Shown: positions 27,051-38,600 of the stretch, piece by piece
Numbering within the stretch: the first letter of the stretch is position 1
Layout: each line of letters opens with the position of its first letter
Assembly: GCA_964016885.1 (NCBI GenBank)
Contig: OZ024742.1
Span: forward strand, 214,458,001 to 214,522,000
Reading direction: 5' to 3'
Origin: Eledone cirrhosa
Lineage: Eukaryota
DNA length: 64,000 nt
The notes under the pieces: generated by a model
Database searches by the model: none
What the model saw: the letters and a program-made list of their open reading frames with translations, nothing else
Told to the model about the DNA's origin: nothing
Program-made: the position numbers and the translations under genes

Positions 27051-29522
27051 CTCTTTGAGTCTCAGTCATTGATGTTAGTTAACTGGAAAGTTTGTTGAAA
27101 TTAATATCAAGCCACTACCTGCAGCCTCATACATACAGGACGTATCGGAGGGTTCTTGCTGTTCCCAGCAAGCATGCCTTTTGAAGCGTTCCAAAAAGCG
27201 TGAAGGGGCCAATTTTCTTTAACCATCCCTGGAAACTTTTTGAGATAGTCCCTAGTGCGCCTATGACAATCGGGATCACTTTGACTTCATGGCAGTTCCA
27301 AGTCCGTTTTACCTCCCACTTTAAGTCCTGGTATCGGTTAATTTTCTCCCTCTCCTTCTCTTGCACTCTCGTGTCGAATGGGCAGGCCACATCCACAATC
27401 AGGCACGATCTTTTTTTCTTTTTCCACAACCACCAGGTCAGGTCTATTGTGTTCCAGTTTCTTGTCAGTCTGTATCCTAAAATCCCACAGCACCTTCACC
27501 TGATCCTTTTCTATCACCGACTCTGGCTTATGCTCATACCACTTCTCAGAATGTGGTAAATTGTTTACTTTGCATAGGTGCCAGTGGATCACCCTGCCCA
27601 TCACATCATGTCTCCATCCCTTATAGTGAGTCTGAGCTAGGTGTTTACACTCGGATACAATGTGAGCCACAGTCTCCTCTCTCTCTCTCCACAGATCCTG
27701 CACAGTGGGCTAGCCTCCTCCTTGTAAATATGGTGTTTCAACCACTTCGATTTGAACGCCTGCTCCTGCGCAGCCATTAACATTCCTTCTGTAGCCTTTT
27801 TAAGGTCTCCTCTTCTCAACCAGTTCCATGTCTGTGGATTTCTAAATTCAGTTTTCTCAAAGAAGGTACTATGAAGGGATTTTTCCTGAAGGCTGCTCTT
27901 TCTCCTTGATGTTATTTTCCCCTTGGACATCCCCTGGCCTATTGTCACCTCCTTCAGTACAGTTCTGATCATTGGCTCCTTACTATCAGTCACGTATTTG
28001 TGTAGGTTGTTTTTCTCCTTCTGAACACAGTCCTCTATGCTGATAAGACCTCTTTCACCCTCAGATCTCCTTAAGTAGAGTCTATCGACATCACTCCTCT
28101 TGTGGAACATGTTGTAGATACTCAATAGCTTCCTAGTCTTCCTATCCATTTCTTTCTGTTCAGCAACATTCCATCTCAGAATTCCCGCACTGTACCTAAT
28201 AATAGACACAGCTTGGGAATTTACTGCACTTATGGCATTTCTACTGTTCAGATGTGACTTAAATACGCTCCTTACTCTCCGAATGTATTCAGTTCTTATC
28301 AATTCCTTCATTTTTTTATTCTTGATGTCATCAGCCTCCAGAACCTCCAAATACTTGTATCCTTCATCAGAGTCAATTTCCTTTATCATCTCAACCGTTG
28401 GTACCTGGATTCCGTTACTTCTGCTCAACTTACCCCTCTTCATCACAATGACTCCACACTTACTAATACCAAATTGCATACATATATCATTGTTGAAAAT
28501 ACGGACAGTGTCAACAAGCACATCCAACTCCTTCTCACTCTTGCCGAAGAGGTTAAGATCGTCCATGAAGATGAGGTGTTTGATGGTAAGCCCTCCCTTT
28601 CCCAACCTGTATCCTGCTCTCACTTTTCGCAGTACACTGGTCAGGGGCATCAGGGCAAGGACAAACAACAGAGGGGACAGAATATCTCCCTGGAAGATAC
28701 CTCTCTTGATCTTAACGCTTCCCAAGGATTCTCCAGTTGATGTTAACTCTGTTTCCCAGGACTTCATACTTTTGCCCAACAACTGTCTGATGTTATCTGC
28801 CACCCTGAAGATCTCCAGGCTTTTGGTGATACAAGAATGAGGCACCATGTCAAATGCCTTTTTGTAGTCTATCCATCCCATGGCAAGACCAGTGTGTCTC
28901 CTCTTGCAATTCCTCATTACCAGCTTATCAATAAGTAACTGGTCCTTTGTACCATGTGACTTCTTTCGGCATCCTTTCTGTTCGTCCGGTAACAGGTTGT
29001 TTGTGTGGAGGTGATGGTAGATTTCCTCAGACATAATGCTTGTCAACAGTTTCCACATTACGGACAGACATGTGATAGGTCTATAGTTGGTAACATCATT
29101 ACCCTTGATTCGGTCTTTCATTATCAGAACAGTGGTACCTTTTGTCAACCACTCTGGTACCTTACCTGACATCAAGCAGTCATTGAACATGGTTGTCAGT
29201 TTCGGGTGGAGGGATGTTATATTTTTAATCCAATACCCCTGCACACCATCTGGGCCTGGTGATTTCCAGTTGGTTAATTTTTTGGCCTGCCCCTTAAGAG
29301 TTTCAACTGTGATACTCAAATCAGTTTGTTGGTGTGCCTGTTCACTAATCTCCTTCTGTACTGTCTCAATCCACACTGCCTGGTCATTATCTTTAACATC
29401 CTGCTCCCATATTCCTCTCCAGAATGTTTTAGTTTGTTCCGCCTCAGGGATCAAGTCGTTGCCTCTTTCTTCCCCTTCAAGCTGTCCAAACAGCATCTTC
29501 TGGTTGTTGTCGAACATGCGGT
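27051..29522 (-). mobile_element. R4/Dong-like RLE non-LTR retrotransposon family A, 5'-truncated, frameshifted
   Basis: WKSPGPDG, YRPITCL, IDYKKAFD, GIFQGDILSP, FMDD, CRIC...HIVSEC, RPDLVV...DVACP; TAA-type tail at 27036-27050. Confidence 0.92.
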
Positions 29523-32500
29523 GTACGGTAAGTGGTCTTTCCCATCTTTTCCACTCTATTTTAAACATGACCTCACTCAGAATAGGCAGCATAAATGCGC
29601 GTGGCTTGGGGTCGTCATGGAAGCAGGGTCACCTGCTCAACGACCTCAGGTCACTAAACATAGATGTAGTGGCCATCAGCGAGACCAGAATCTCCGAAGC
29701 ACGGGCCTTCGCACCGATCTTCGGCGGCTACGATGTGTACGCATCTCCCAGCCGTCCTGGATCGGGTGGAGGAGTTGCTGTGCTTTTTCGGAGAGGTTTG
29801 GATCTCGCCATACGGGCCATCTTCCTGGACCCAGAGGGTAAGCTGGTGGTGCTGGACGTGACCAGCGGAGACGGGCAAGCTTTCAGGCTAGTGGCCGTCT
29901 ATGCCCCGACAGGAGCAGGGCGGCCGGATTTCTTCCGGCGTCTGGAGACCTTTCTTGGAACGTCCCGCTCTTTAGTGTTAGTGGGCGACTGGAACGGGAT
30001 CTTAGATGCACGCTGGGACTGTGTGGGATTAGCGGATAGGGGTGGAGGGTGCAAGAGCCTCACCAACCTGCTCAGGCGTTTTGAACTGTCTGACAGGTAC
30101 CGATTGGATTTCCCGAATGTGCCAATGTGGACTTGGACAAACCGCATAGGGTCATCCAGATCATATCTAGATAGAGTATTTTGTAGGGAAATAGATAGGT
30201 CTAGCATAGGCTGTCCACAATTCAAGATAGTCAGCTACACGGACCACAAATTCGTGACCTGTGTGCTTGACTTAGATAGGCTTCATAGACGAGGACCCGG
30301 CTACTGGAAGCTAAACGCGTCCTTACCAGCGCGCAAGGCCTACAGAGACCGGATTAGCGAACTAGTTAAGCGGGCGTTGACGGGGGCCATCGTCAACAAC
30401 AAGTGGTGGTTTGCTCTGAAAAGAGCGATTAGAATAGAATCGATTAGGTTTAGTAAGGCTTTAGCAATAGAGAAAAATAGAGCAGAGGGAGAACTAGTTA
30501 GAAAATTAGACGAGGCGCTTAGCAAAGGCATTGCGACCGACGTGCTTGCGGCGAAATTGGCCCTTGACCAATTCTTCAATGCAAAGCACGAAGGCTGCGT
30601 TGTCAGAGCTAGGTTGCGTGCTCTCAGACACGAGGCGACGAAAGCCGTTCAATGGGCCCGAGTGGCGGAGGCGCGTCGTGGCAACAAAGCCACGATCCGG
30701 TCTTTGGTGGACCACGACGGGCGCATGCTACTCGATCCCGGGCAAATGTGTGAAGCTTTTCAGCGACACTTCGCTCAGCTGTTCGGGGGCAGCGGGGGGC
30801 CTGGTAGAGGGATGGACTTTAGTGTCTACCTCGACGGACTGCCGCGGCTCTCGGCCACTGAGGCGAAGTGTTGCGAAAAGCCGATAACAGCCGCTGAAGT
30901 ACGGGAGGCAATGACTGGCTGCACAAGGGGTAAATCGCCTGGTTTGGATGGTCTGCCCTATGAACTTTACGTACAGATGCCAGACTTGTTCGGAGGCCTC
31001 TTGGCGGACGTCTACTGCAACTGGCAACAGAACGGGAGAATTCCCAGTTCTGTGAGCCGAGGAGCGGTGGCACTGCTGAGAAAGGATCCGAACAAGGGGA
31101 ATAACATAGAAAATTTCCGGCCCATAACTCTGCTAAACACAGAGTTTAAGATTTTGGCCAAGGTGCTAGCAAAGAGGTTGGCGCTTGTCGTTGGTGGTCT
31201 GGTGGGAGAGGCGCAGACATGCGCCATTCCCGACAGATCCATCCACGACAACCTCCACCTCATGCGATACATCGTAGAGAGGGTAGCTAGGGAACCTGGC
31301 ACGGGTGGGTCCTTGATCAATTTAGATCAGTCGAAAGCTTTCGATAGGGTCGACCATCGTTACCTAGCGGCAGTCCTGAGGGCGGCTGGCTTTGGGCCCG
31401 TCTTCAGAGGCTGGATCGCTGCCATGCACAGCGACATCTGCTCTGTGGTGAGAGTGAATGGTCACCTGTCGGAACCGTTCAACATCATGCGCTCGGTCCG
31501 CCAAGGATGTCCCCTCTCATCCCTCTTGTACGTATTGACTCTCGAGCCATTACTGCACAAACTGGAGACGTTGAGGGGGGTCCCGCGCGAACTAGGATGC
31601 GGAAGATCCGTGTCAGCATATGCGGACGATGTCACCGTAGTGGTGTCGAACGCCAAACACATCGAGGCGATCGGCACTACACTAAGAGAATACGAAGCGG
31701 TGACAGGAGCAATGATCAACAAGGAAAAGTCAGTGGGCCTGCAGCTCGGCACCTGGAGAGGCAGGTCCATGCCGTCCAACAGCGTCGTCGGGCGATGGAC
31801 GGACGGACCGGTTAAATTGCTAGGGGTCTGGTTCGGTCCGGACCTCCAGCCGGACAAAAACTGGGACGAGGTGACGAGCAGGGTGGCTTCTCTCACCCAG
31901 AAATGGGCGGAGACGAAGCTATCCCTGAAAGGTCGAGCGGAGGAGGCTAACGCGTACATCGCGTCTGTCATCTGCTATCGCCTAACCGTCGTACCTTGTC
32001 CTAAGCCTCGCCTGACTGCGCTGGAGCGTTTGCTCTTTCGCTTTTTGTGGAAGGGACGTGCTCCGATGGTCAGGCGGTCCATCTGTTGTCAACACCCGCT
32101 ACGTGGAGGGCTGGGCATGCCGTGGCTGATGATGCGCAGGCACGCGCTCAGGCTACGACATCTCCACCTCTTCCTCGACGGTGATGAGGTGTGGTCGCCG
32201 TTTGCTAGACGCGTTTTTCCCCAGCTCGTTTCCTTGACGGAGCTGCAGTCCTGGGTCAAGCGAAGAGCGAGAGGGAGCACCTGGAGACTGGAATGTCTTC
32301 AGGCGCTCACAGCCCTCGACCAATCGGGCAATGTGATCGGTGGAAACTCCACCTCGGCGTTCTATAGAGGATTAGTGGAGGGGAAGAGCGACGACGTACT
32401 TGGGGAAACTCTAGGCGTCGACGAAAATCAACTAGCCAATCTCTTCGGAAGAACTTTCGGGCCAGGGCCTATGGACAACTTCCAGAAATCTCTGGCCTGG

Positions 32501-33248
32501 CAGTGCTACCGAGGAGCCTTGCCAGTTCGGGATAAACTCTACAGGCATGGAGGTGCCGTCAGCCGGGCATGTCCGAGATGCGCGCAGGGCGACGAAACCG
32601 TCCTGCACGCACTCGTCCAGTGTCCGAAAATTGCTGACTTGTGGGTTTATGTCGAACACCTGCTGTCGCGTTTAGGACGGATCCAGCTATCATCTGAGTC
32701 TATCGTGAGGATTGCCCCGCCCTCCTCCTTTAGCCGGGAAGGGCAGGCAGTTTTTATCTGCCTGGTGGCCATGGTGAAAGAGATAGTATGGTGGACACGT
32801 TTGAAAGGGCTGAAGACGAGCACTTACCTCTTCGGTGATGCTCTGATTGACTTTTTCAAATTTCATTTGAAAAGGAAAATCAGAGTAGAGAGGGAAGTGC
32901 TCTCTTCCCAGCATTTTGTTGAAAGATGGGTGAGAGAAGCAAGAATGGCCCGAGTGAATGGGCCTACTCTGAGTATATATCTGTAAATTAAAGGTGGAAA
33001 ACTGGGAGAGGGCACTTGCCTTGGTGGTCAGGGTCATTGTGGCTTTTTACTGGGCTTTCTCCACAAATGTCCCTCCGAAGTCTCCCCCCTATTGGGGAAT
33101 TTTTCATTGTTATTTTCATTGTTATTTTTGTTACATCCTCTGTTTTTGTTTTTTTACACGCAGAAATGCCCATTTGTACCGTCCTGCATTGTCCTGCACT
33201 GTCCTTAATGTCTACTTTATGTAAACCCTTGTGGTTAATAAAGAAATC
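29523..33248 (+). mobile_element. Tx1/L1-clade non-LTR retrotransposon copy 1, 5'-truncated at the ORF1 stop
   Basis: Near-identical to 35577-39304; followed by (ATT)8. Confidence 0.95.
29567..32986 (+). CDS. ORF2: APE endonuclease + reverse transcriptase + C-terminal CCHC (1139 aa), intact
   Basis: INARG, SET, GDWN, YLDR, TDH; PGLDG, RPITLLN, DQSKAFD, RQGCPLS, YADD; CPRC...H...C. True start is the ATG at 29567. Confidence 0.93.
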   Translation: MTSLRIGSINARGLGSSWKQGHLLNDLRSLNIDVVAISETRISEARAFAPIFGGYDVYASPSRPGSGGGVAVLFRRGLDLAIRAIFLDPEGKLVVLDVTSGDGQAFRLVAVYAPTGAGRPDFFRRLETFLGTSRSLVLVGDWNGILDARWDCVGLADRGGGCKSLTNLLRRFELSDRYRLDFPNVPMWTWTNRIGSSRSYLDRVFCREIDRSSIGCPQFKIVSYTDHKFVTCVLDLDRLHRRGPGYWKLNASLPARKAYRDRISELVKRALTGAIVNNKWWFALKRAIRIESIRFSKALAIEKNRAEGELVRKLDEALSKGIATDVLAAKLALDQFFNAKHEGCVVRARLRALRHEATKAVQWARVAEARRGNKATIRSLVDHDGRMLLDPGQMCEAFQRHFAQLFGGSGGPGRGMDFSVYLDGLPRLSATEAKCCEKPITAAEVREAMTGCTRGKSPGLDGLPYELYVQMPDLFGGLLADVYCNWQQNGRIPSSVSRGAVALLRKDPNKGNNIENFRPITLLNTEFKILAKVLAKRLALVVGGLVGEAQTCAIPDRSIHDNLHLMRYIVERVAREPGTGGSLINLDQSKAFDRVDHRYLAAVLRAAGFGPVFRGWIAAMHSDICSVVRVNGHLSEPFNIMRSVRQGCPLSSLLYVLTLEPLLHKLETLRGVPRELGCGRSVSAYADDVTVVVSNAKHIEAIGTTLREYEAVTGAMINKEKSVGLQLGTWRGRSMPSNSVVGRWTDGPVKLLGVWFGPDLQPDKNWDEVTSRVASLTQKWAETKLSLKGRAEEANAYIASVICYRLTVVPCPKPRLTALERLLFRFLWKGRAPMVRRSICCQHPLRGGLGMPWLMMRRHALRLRHLHLFLDGDEVWSPFARRVFPQLVSLTELQSWVKRRARGSTWRLECLQALTALDQSGNVIGGNSTSAFYRGLVEGKSDDVLGETLGVDENQLANLFGRTFGPGPMDNFQKSLAWQCYRGALPVRDKLYRHGGAVSRACPRCAQGDETVLHALVQCPKIADLWVYVEHLLSRLGRIQLSSESIVRIAPPSSFSREGQAVFICLVAMVKEIVWWTRLKGLKTSTYLFGDALIDFFKFHLKRKIRVEREVLSSQHFVERWVREARMARVNGPTLSIYL

Positions 33249-33485
33249 ATTATTATTATTATTATTATTATTGAATGCCATGGTTGACGGAGGCTCGGCT
33301 CTGTAAGGTATAGTAATTTTTAACCGTTAAAACAATTGTAAATTGTTTAAAACTTGAACCAAATTGTTGATAAAGACACCCTCCTCCTCGTGAGAGGGGT
33401 CTTTCTGTCCGTTATTTGGCCCTTCGGGGTTAAATAGCCAGTTATTGGGGTTTTGTACCCAAAATTTCATTTTAAACAAAAAAAC

Positions 33486-35585
33486 ATGGCTACCAAAAAA
33501 AAAAAATTTCACACGTCACTCCCACTCATTCCGTCTTCTTCTTCCTCAATCATCACTACAGGAGAGAGAAGATTGTCTCTCTCCCTCCCTTCTTTAAATG
33601 TGTCTCTCTCCCTACCTTCTCTTTCGCAAGCGACGAAAGAAAAGAAAAGTTTCGTGCAAAGCGTGCAAGGTTTCTCCACGACGACGACGACAGCGACGAA
33701 ACAGGTGTGCGGGAAATACGAAAACCCAGTTCATTCGTCTGACGTCAGGAATAATAGCAGTAGCAGCCGTAATAACAACAGCAACAGTGACAATGAAAAC
33801 AACAGTAGCAGCCGCAACAGCATCACCAGCAGCATAAACAACAACAGCATTAGCAGCAGCAACACCAACAACAACCACAGCAACAGCGGCGGAGGCAGTA
33901 GTCGTAGTACCTGCAGCAACAACAAAAGTACCAGCAGCTCTGACGACAACAACAACAGCAGAGAAAAACCAATCTCATTTGCAGGTATTGCGAAAAACCT
34001 GGAAACAATCCTCATAACAAATGAGGAATTAGAGGAAGCGAAGAAGATGGTGACAAAGAACGGACACCGAGCAATCTGCAAGGCAGCGAAAAATTTTTTC
34101 GAAACCCAAGAGCACTGTACGGTCACGTACCGTACAGTAAGTACAAAATCCCGTAGGGTGGAAAGAGCCACAGAGGCCCAAATACAAAAAGCCTTGGGGT
34201 CTGTGTGGCAGAGGAAAACGCACATCACCCGAGGCAAAAAATACGCCACCGTAGACGTACTTTTTGCCACACCCCAGGAGGCAAAGGCCCAATCAGTAGT
34301 GACCCTAAGGAGCGAGGAAATGGTGTTGGTGCCCTCCTACTGCGGGCAAAAAATTGTGAGGGTCAAACTGACCCACGTCCCCCCCGGAATGACCCCTTCT
34401 TGGCTGGCCGCGTCTGTCCTCGTCGGAATCGAGGACAAAACAACTGTACTGCAAGTACAGAAAAAAGTAAGAGAAGATTGGGTCGGCTCCTCCATTGAGA
34501 TGCTAATCCAAACCAACCAGGAGTGCATCGAAGCTATCCCGGATGTGATAGACTTCGATAACGGCACTCAACTGCCCATAAGTGTTGAGGGCAAACGCCC
34601 GAAATGCTTTCGCTGTGGATCGAAGACTCACCTCAGGGCCTTCTGCAACGAGAAGACCCTGAGAAAGGAGAAAACCCCCCTCCTCCCGAATCCGGTTCCA
34701 CGGCTACCAGCAACAGGACAAGCGGCAACCAGGAACGATAGGTCCGTGGCACCCATACCCACTCCACGGAAATCAAAGACAGCAGCAGCAGTGGAAATAT
34801 TAACAACAACAACAGCAATACCAAATGCAGCTGCAACAGAGACTCCAGTGCAAACATCACCAACAACAACAAGTGAAAGAGTGGAGCTGGTACCCCTCCC
34901 CGACCTTACAGAATCAGACATGGAGTGTGAGGTGGGAGAGGGATGGCAAAAGGTCTCAAGAAGGCACAAACGCAGAAGCAGCGCATCGTCGCCTTTGAAA
35001 AGGGAGGAAAGAAATGAGAAAAGGGTAAAGTCTACTGCAAAGAGACCCACAGCAGCAACACCACCAACACCATCACCACCCACACCAGCACCACCATCAG
35101 CACCGGCGACAACCCCACCGCCAACAACACCTTCAACACCACCACCACAAGCACCAACATCGCAAACACAACAACAAAACACACACACCCAGCAACAACG
35201 ACAAGAAAATAGTAGAACCACACCCCACCCCCAGAAAAACAAATGCACGGCAATAAATACACACAACAAGAAACTAATGACTTACATAATTGAACACACA
35301 GACATTTCACAACAGGACTACATAATACCAGCACCAATCAAAACGCCAACTAACATAAGACTGCTAAAAATAGCACAGAAACAATACACAAATATTAAAA
35401 CGAAATTCCCCAACGCAGTTGGTGATTTCAGGGACCTAGGAGGAACCATCAATCGAAGAGTATACTCAGACATTCTCTTAGAAGAGCCGACGACCAGCCG
35501 AAGGGACGATTCAACGGTCCCTTCACCAGACGATCAAGTGAAAAGGGATGTAAAAACCATCCCTCCTCTACCAAAAGTACGGTAA
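33486..35585 (+). CDS. ORF1 gag-like protein with CCHC zinc knuckle (699 aa from first ATG)
   Basis: CFRCGSKTHLRAFC; S/N-rich and P/T-rich low-complexity flanks; directly upstream of ORF2. Confidence 0.88.
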   Translation: MATKKKKFHTSLPLIPSSSSSIITTGERRLSLSLPSLNVSLSLPSLSQATKEKKSFVQSVQGFSTTTTTATKQVCGKYENPVHSSDVRNNSSSSRNNNSNSDNENNSSSRNSITSSINNNSISSSNTNNNHSNSGGGSSRSTCSNNKSTSSSDDNNNSREKPISFAGIAKNLETILITNEELEEAKKMVTKNGHRAICKAAKNFFETQEHCTVTYRTVSTKSRRVERATEAQIQKALGSVWQRKTHITRGKKYATVDVLFATPQEAKAQSVVTLRSEEMVLVPSYCGQKIVRVKLTHVPPGMTPSWLAASVLVGIEDKTTVLQVQKKVREDWVGSSIEMLIQTNQECIEAIPDVIDFDNGTQLPISVEGKRPKCFRCGSKTHLRAFCNEKTLRKEKTPLLPNPVPRLPATGQAATRNDRSVAPIPTPRKSKTAAAVEILTTTTAIPNAAATETPVQTSPTTTSERVELVPLPDLTESDMECEVGEGWQKVSRRHKRRSSASSPLKREERNEKRVKSTAKRPTAATPPTPSPPTPAPPSAPATTPPPTTPSTPPPQAPTSQTQQQNTHTQQQRQENSRTTPHPQKNKCTAINTHNKKLMTYIIEHTDISQQDYIIPAPIKTPTNIRLLKIAQKQYTNIKTKFPNAVGDFRDLGGTINRRVYSDILLEEPTTSRRDDSTVPSPDDQVKRDVKTIPPLPKVR

Positions 35586-35620
35586 GTGGTCTTTCCCATC
35601 TTTTCCACTCTATTTTAAAC

Positions 35621-38600
35621 ATGACCTCACTCAGAATAGGCAGCATAAATGCGCGTGGCTTGGGGTCGTCATGGAAGCAGGGTCACCTGCTCAACGACCT
35701 CAGGTCACTAAACATAGATGTAGTGGCCATCAGCGAGACCAGAATCTCCGAAGCACGGGCCTTCGCACCGATCTTCGGCGGCTACGATGTGTACGCATCT
35801 CCCAGCCGTCCTGGATCCGGTGGAGGAGTTGCTGTACTTTTTCGGAGAGGTTTGGATCTCGCCATACGGGCCATCTTCCTGGACCCAGAGGGTAAGCTGG
35901 TGGTGCTGGACGTGACCAGCGGAGACGGGCAAGCTTTCAGGCTAGTGGCCGTCTATGCCCCGACAGGAGCAGGGCGGCCTGATTTCTTCCGGCGTCTGGA
36001 GACCTTTCTTGGAACGTCGCGCTCTTTAGTGTTAGTGGGCGACTGGAACGGGATCTTAGATGCACGCTGGGACTGTGTGGGATTAGCGGATAGGGGTGGA
36101 GGGTGCAAGAGCCTCACCAACCTGCTCAGGCGTTTTGAACTGTCTGACAGGTACCGATTGGATTTCCCGAATGTGCCAATGTGGACTTGGACAAACCGCA
36201 TAGGGTCATCCAGATCATATCTAGATAGAGTATTTTGTAGGGAAATAGATAGGTCTAGCATAGGCTGTCCACAATTCAAGATAGTCAGCTACACGGACCA
36301 CAAATTCGTGATCTGTGTGCTTGACTTAGATAGGCTTCATAGACGAGGACCCGGCTACTGGAAGCTAAACGCGTCCTTACCAGCGCGCAAGGCCTACAGA
36401 GACCGGATTAGCGAACTAGTTAAGCGGGCGTTGACGGGGGCCATCGTCAACAACAAGTGGTGGTTTGCTCTGAAAAGAGCGATTAGAATAGAATCGATTA
36501 GGTTTAGTAAGGCTTTAGCAATAGAGAAAAATAGAGCAGAGGGAGAACTAGTTAGAAAATTAGACGAGGCGCTTAGCAAAGGCATTGCGACCGACGTGCT
36601 TGCGGCGAAATTGGCCCTTGACCAATTCTTCAATGCAAAGCACGAAGGCTGCGTTGTCAGAGCTAGGGTGCGTGCTCTCAGACACGAGGGGACGAAAGCC
36701 GTTCAATGGGCCCGAGTGGCGGAGGCGCGTCGTGGCAACAAAGCCACGATCCGGTCTTTGGTGGACCACGACGGGCGCATGCTACTCGATCCCGGGCAAA
36801 TGTGTGAAGCTTTTCAGCGACACTTCGCTCAGCTGTTCGGGGGCAGCGGGGGGCCGGGTAGAGGGATGGACTTTAGTGTCTACCTCGACGGGCTGCCGCG
36901 GCTCTCGGCCACTGAGGCGAGGTGTTGCGAAAAGCCGATAACAGCCGCTGAAGTACGGGAGGCAATGACTGGCTGCACAAGGGGTAAATCGCCTGGTTTG
37001 GATGGTCTGCCCTATGAACTTTACGTACAGATGCCAAACTTGTTCGGAGGCCTCTTGGCGGACGTCTACTGCAACTGGCAACAGAACGGGAGAATTCCCA
37101 GTTCTGTGAGCCGAGGAGCGGTGGCACTGCTGAGAAAGGATCCGAACAAGGGGGATAACATAGACAATTTCCGGCCCATAACTCTGCTAAACACAGAGTT
37201 TAAGATTTTGGCCAAGGTGCTAGCAAAGAGGTTGGCGCTTGTCGTTGGTGGTCTGGTGGGAGAGGCGCAGACATGCGCCATTCCCGACAGATCCATCCAC
37301 GACAACCTCCACCTCATGCGATACATCATAGAGAGGGTAGCTAGGGAACCTGGCACGGGTGGGTCCTTGATCAATTTAGATCAGTCGAAAGCTTTCGATA
37401 GGGTCGACCATCGTTACCTAGCGGCAGTCCTGAGGGCGGCTGGCTTTGGGCCCGTCTTCAGAGGCTGGATCGCTGCCATGCACAGCGACATCTGCTCTGT
37501 GGTGAGAGTGAACGGTCACCTGTCGGAACCGTTCAACATCATGCGCTCGGTCCGCCAAGGATGTCCCCTCTCGTCCCTCTTGTACGTATTGACTCTCGAG
37601 CCATTACTGCACAAACTGGAGACGTTGAGGGGAGTCCCGCGCGAACTAGGATGCGGAAGATCCGTGTCAGCATATGCGGACGATGTCACCGTAGTGGTGT
37701 CGAACGCCAAACACATCGAGGCGATCGGCACTACACTAAGAGAATACGAAGCGGTGACAGGAGCAATGATCAACCAGGAAAAGTCAGTGGGCCTGCAGCT
37801 CGGCACCTGGAGAGGCAGGTCCATGCCGTCCAACAGCGTCGTCGGGCGCTGGACGGACGGACCGGTTAAATTGCTAGGGGTCTGGTTCGGTCCGGACCTC
37901 CAGACGGACAAAAACTGGGACGAGGTGACGAGCAGGGTGGCTTCTCTCACCCAGAAATGGGCGGAGAGGAAGCTATCCCTGAAAGGTCGAGCGGAGGTGG
38001 CTAACGCGTACATCGCGTCTGTCATCTGCTACCGCCTAACCGTCGTACCTTGTCCTAAGCCTCGCCTGACTGCGCTGGAGCGTTTGCTCTTTCGCTTTTT
38101 GTGGAAGGGACGTGCTCCGATGGTCAGGCGGTCCATCTGTTGTCAACACCCGCTACGTGGAGGGCTGGGCATGCCGTGGCTGATGATGCGCAGGCACGCG
38201 CTCAGGCTACGACATCTCCACCTCTTCCTCGACGGTGATCAGGTGTGGTCGCCGTTTGCTAGACGCGTTTTTCCCCAGCTCGTTTCCTTGACGGAGCTGC
38301 AGTCCTGGGTCAAGCGAAGACCGAGAGGGAGCGCCTGGAGACTGGAATGTCTTCAGGCGCTCACAGCCCTCGACCAATCGGGCAATGTGATCGGTGGAAA
38401 CTCCACCTCGGCGTTCTATAGAGGATTAGTGGAGGGGAAGAGCGACGACGTACTTGGGGAAACTCTAGGCGTCGACGAAAATCAACTAGCCAATCTCTTC
38501 GGAAGAACTTTCGGGCCAGGGCCTATGGACAACTTCCAGAAATCTCTGGCCTGGCAGTGCTACCGAGGAGCCTTGCCAGTTCGGGATAAACTCTACAGGC

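Noticed and set aside
29087-29566. 160-aa N-terminal extension making a 1299-aa ORF
   Set aside because: It is the antisense strand of Dong A fused in frame by chance; copies 2 and 3 start at MTSLRIG
29523-29592. N-terminus MLPILSEVMFK of the 651-aa Dong ORF
   Set aside because: Antisense Tx1 sequence beyond the junction, not Dong
33372-33404. CTCCTCGT loop in the Tx1 5' UTR as an HDV-like ribozyme
   Set aside because: Simple hairpin only; no P1/P2 nesting or J4/2 found
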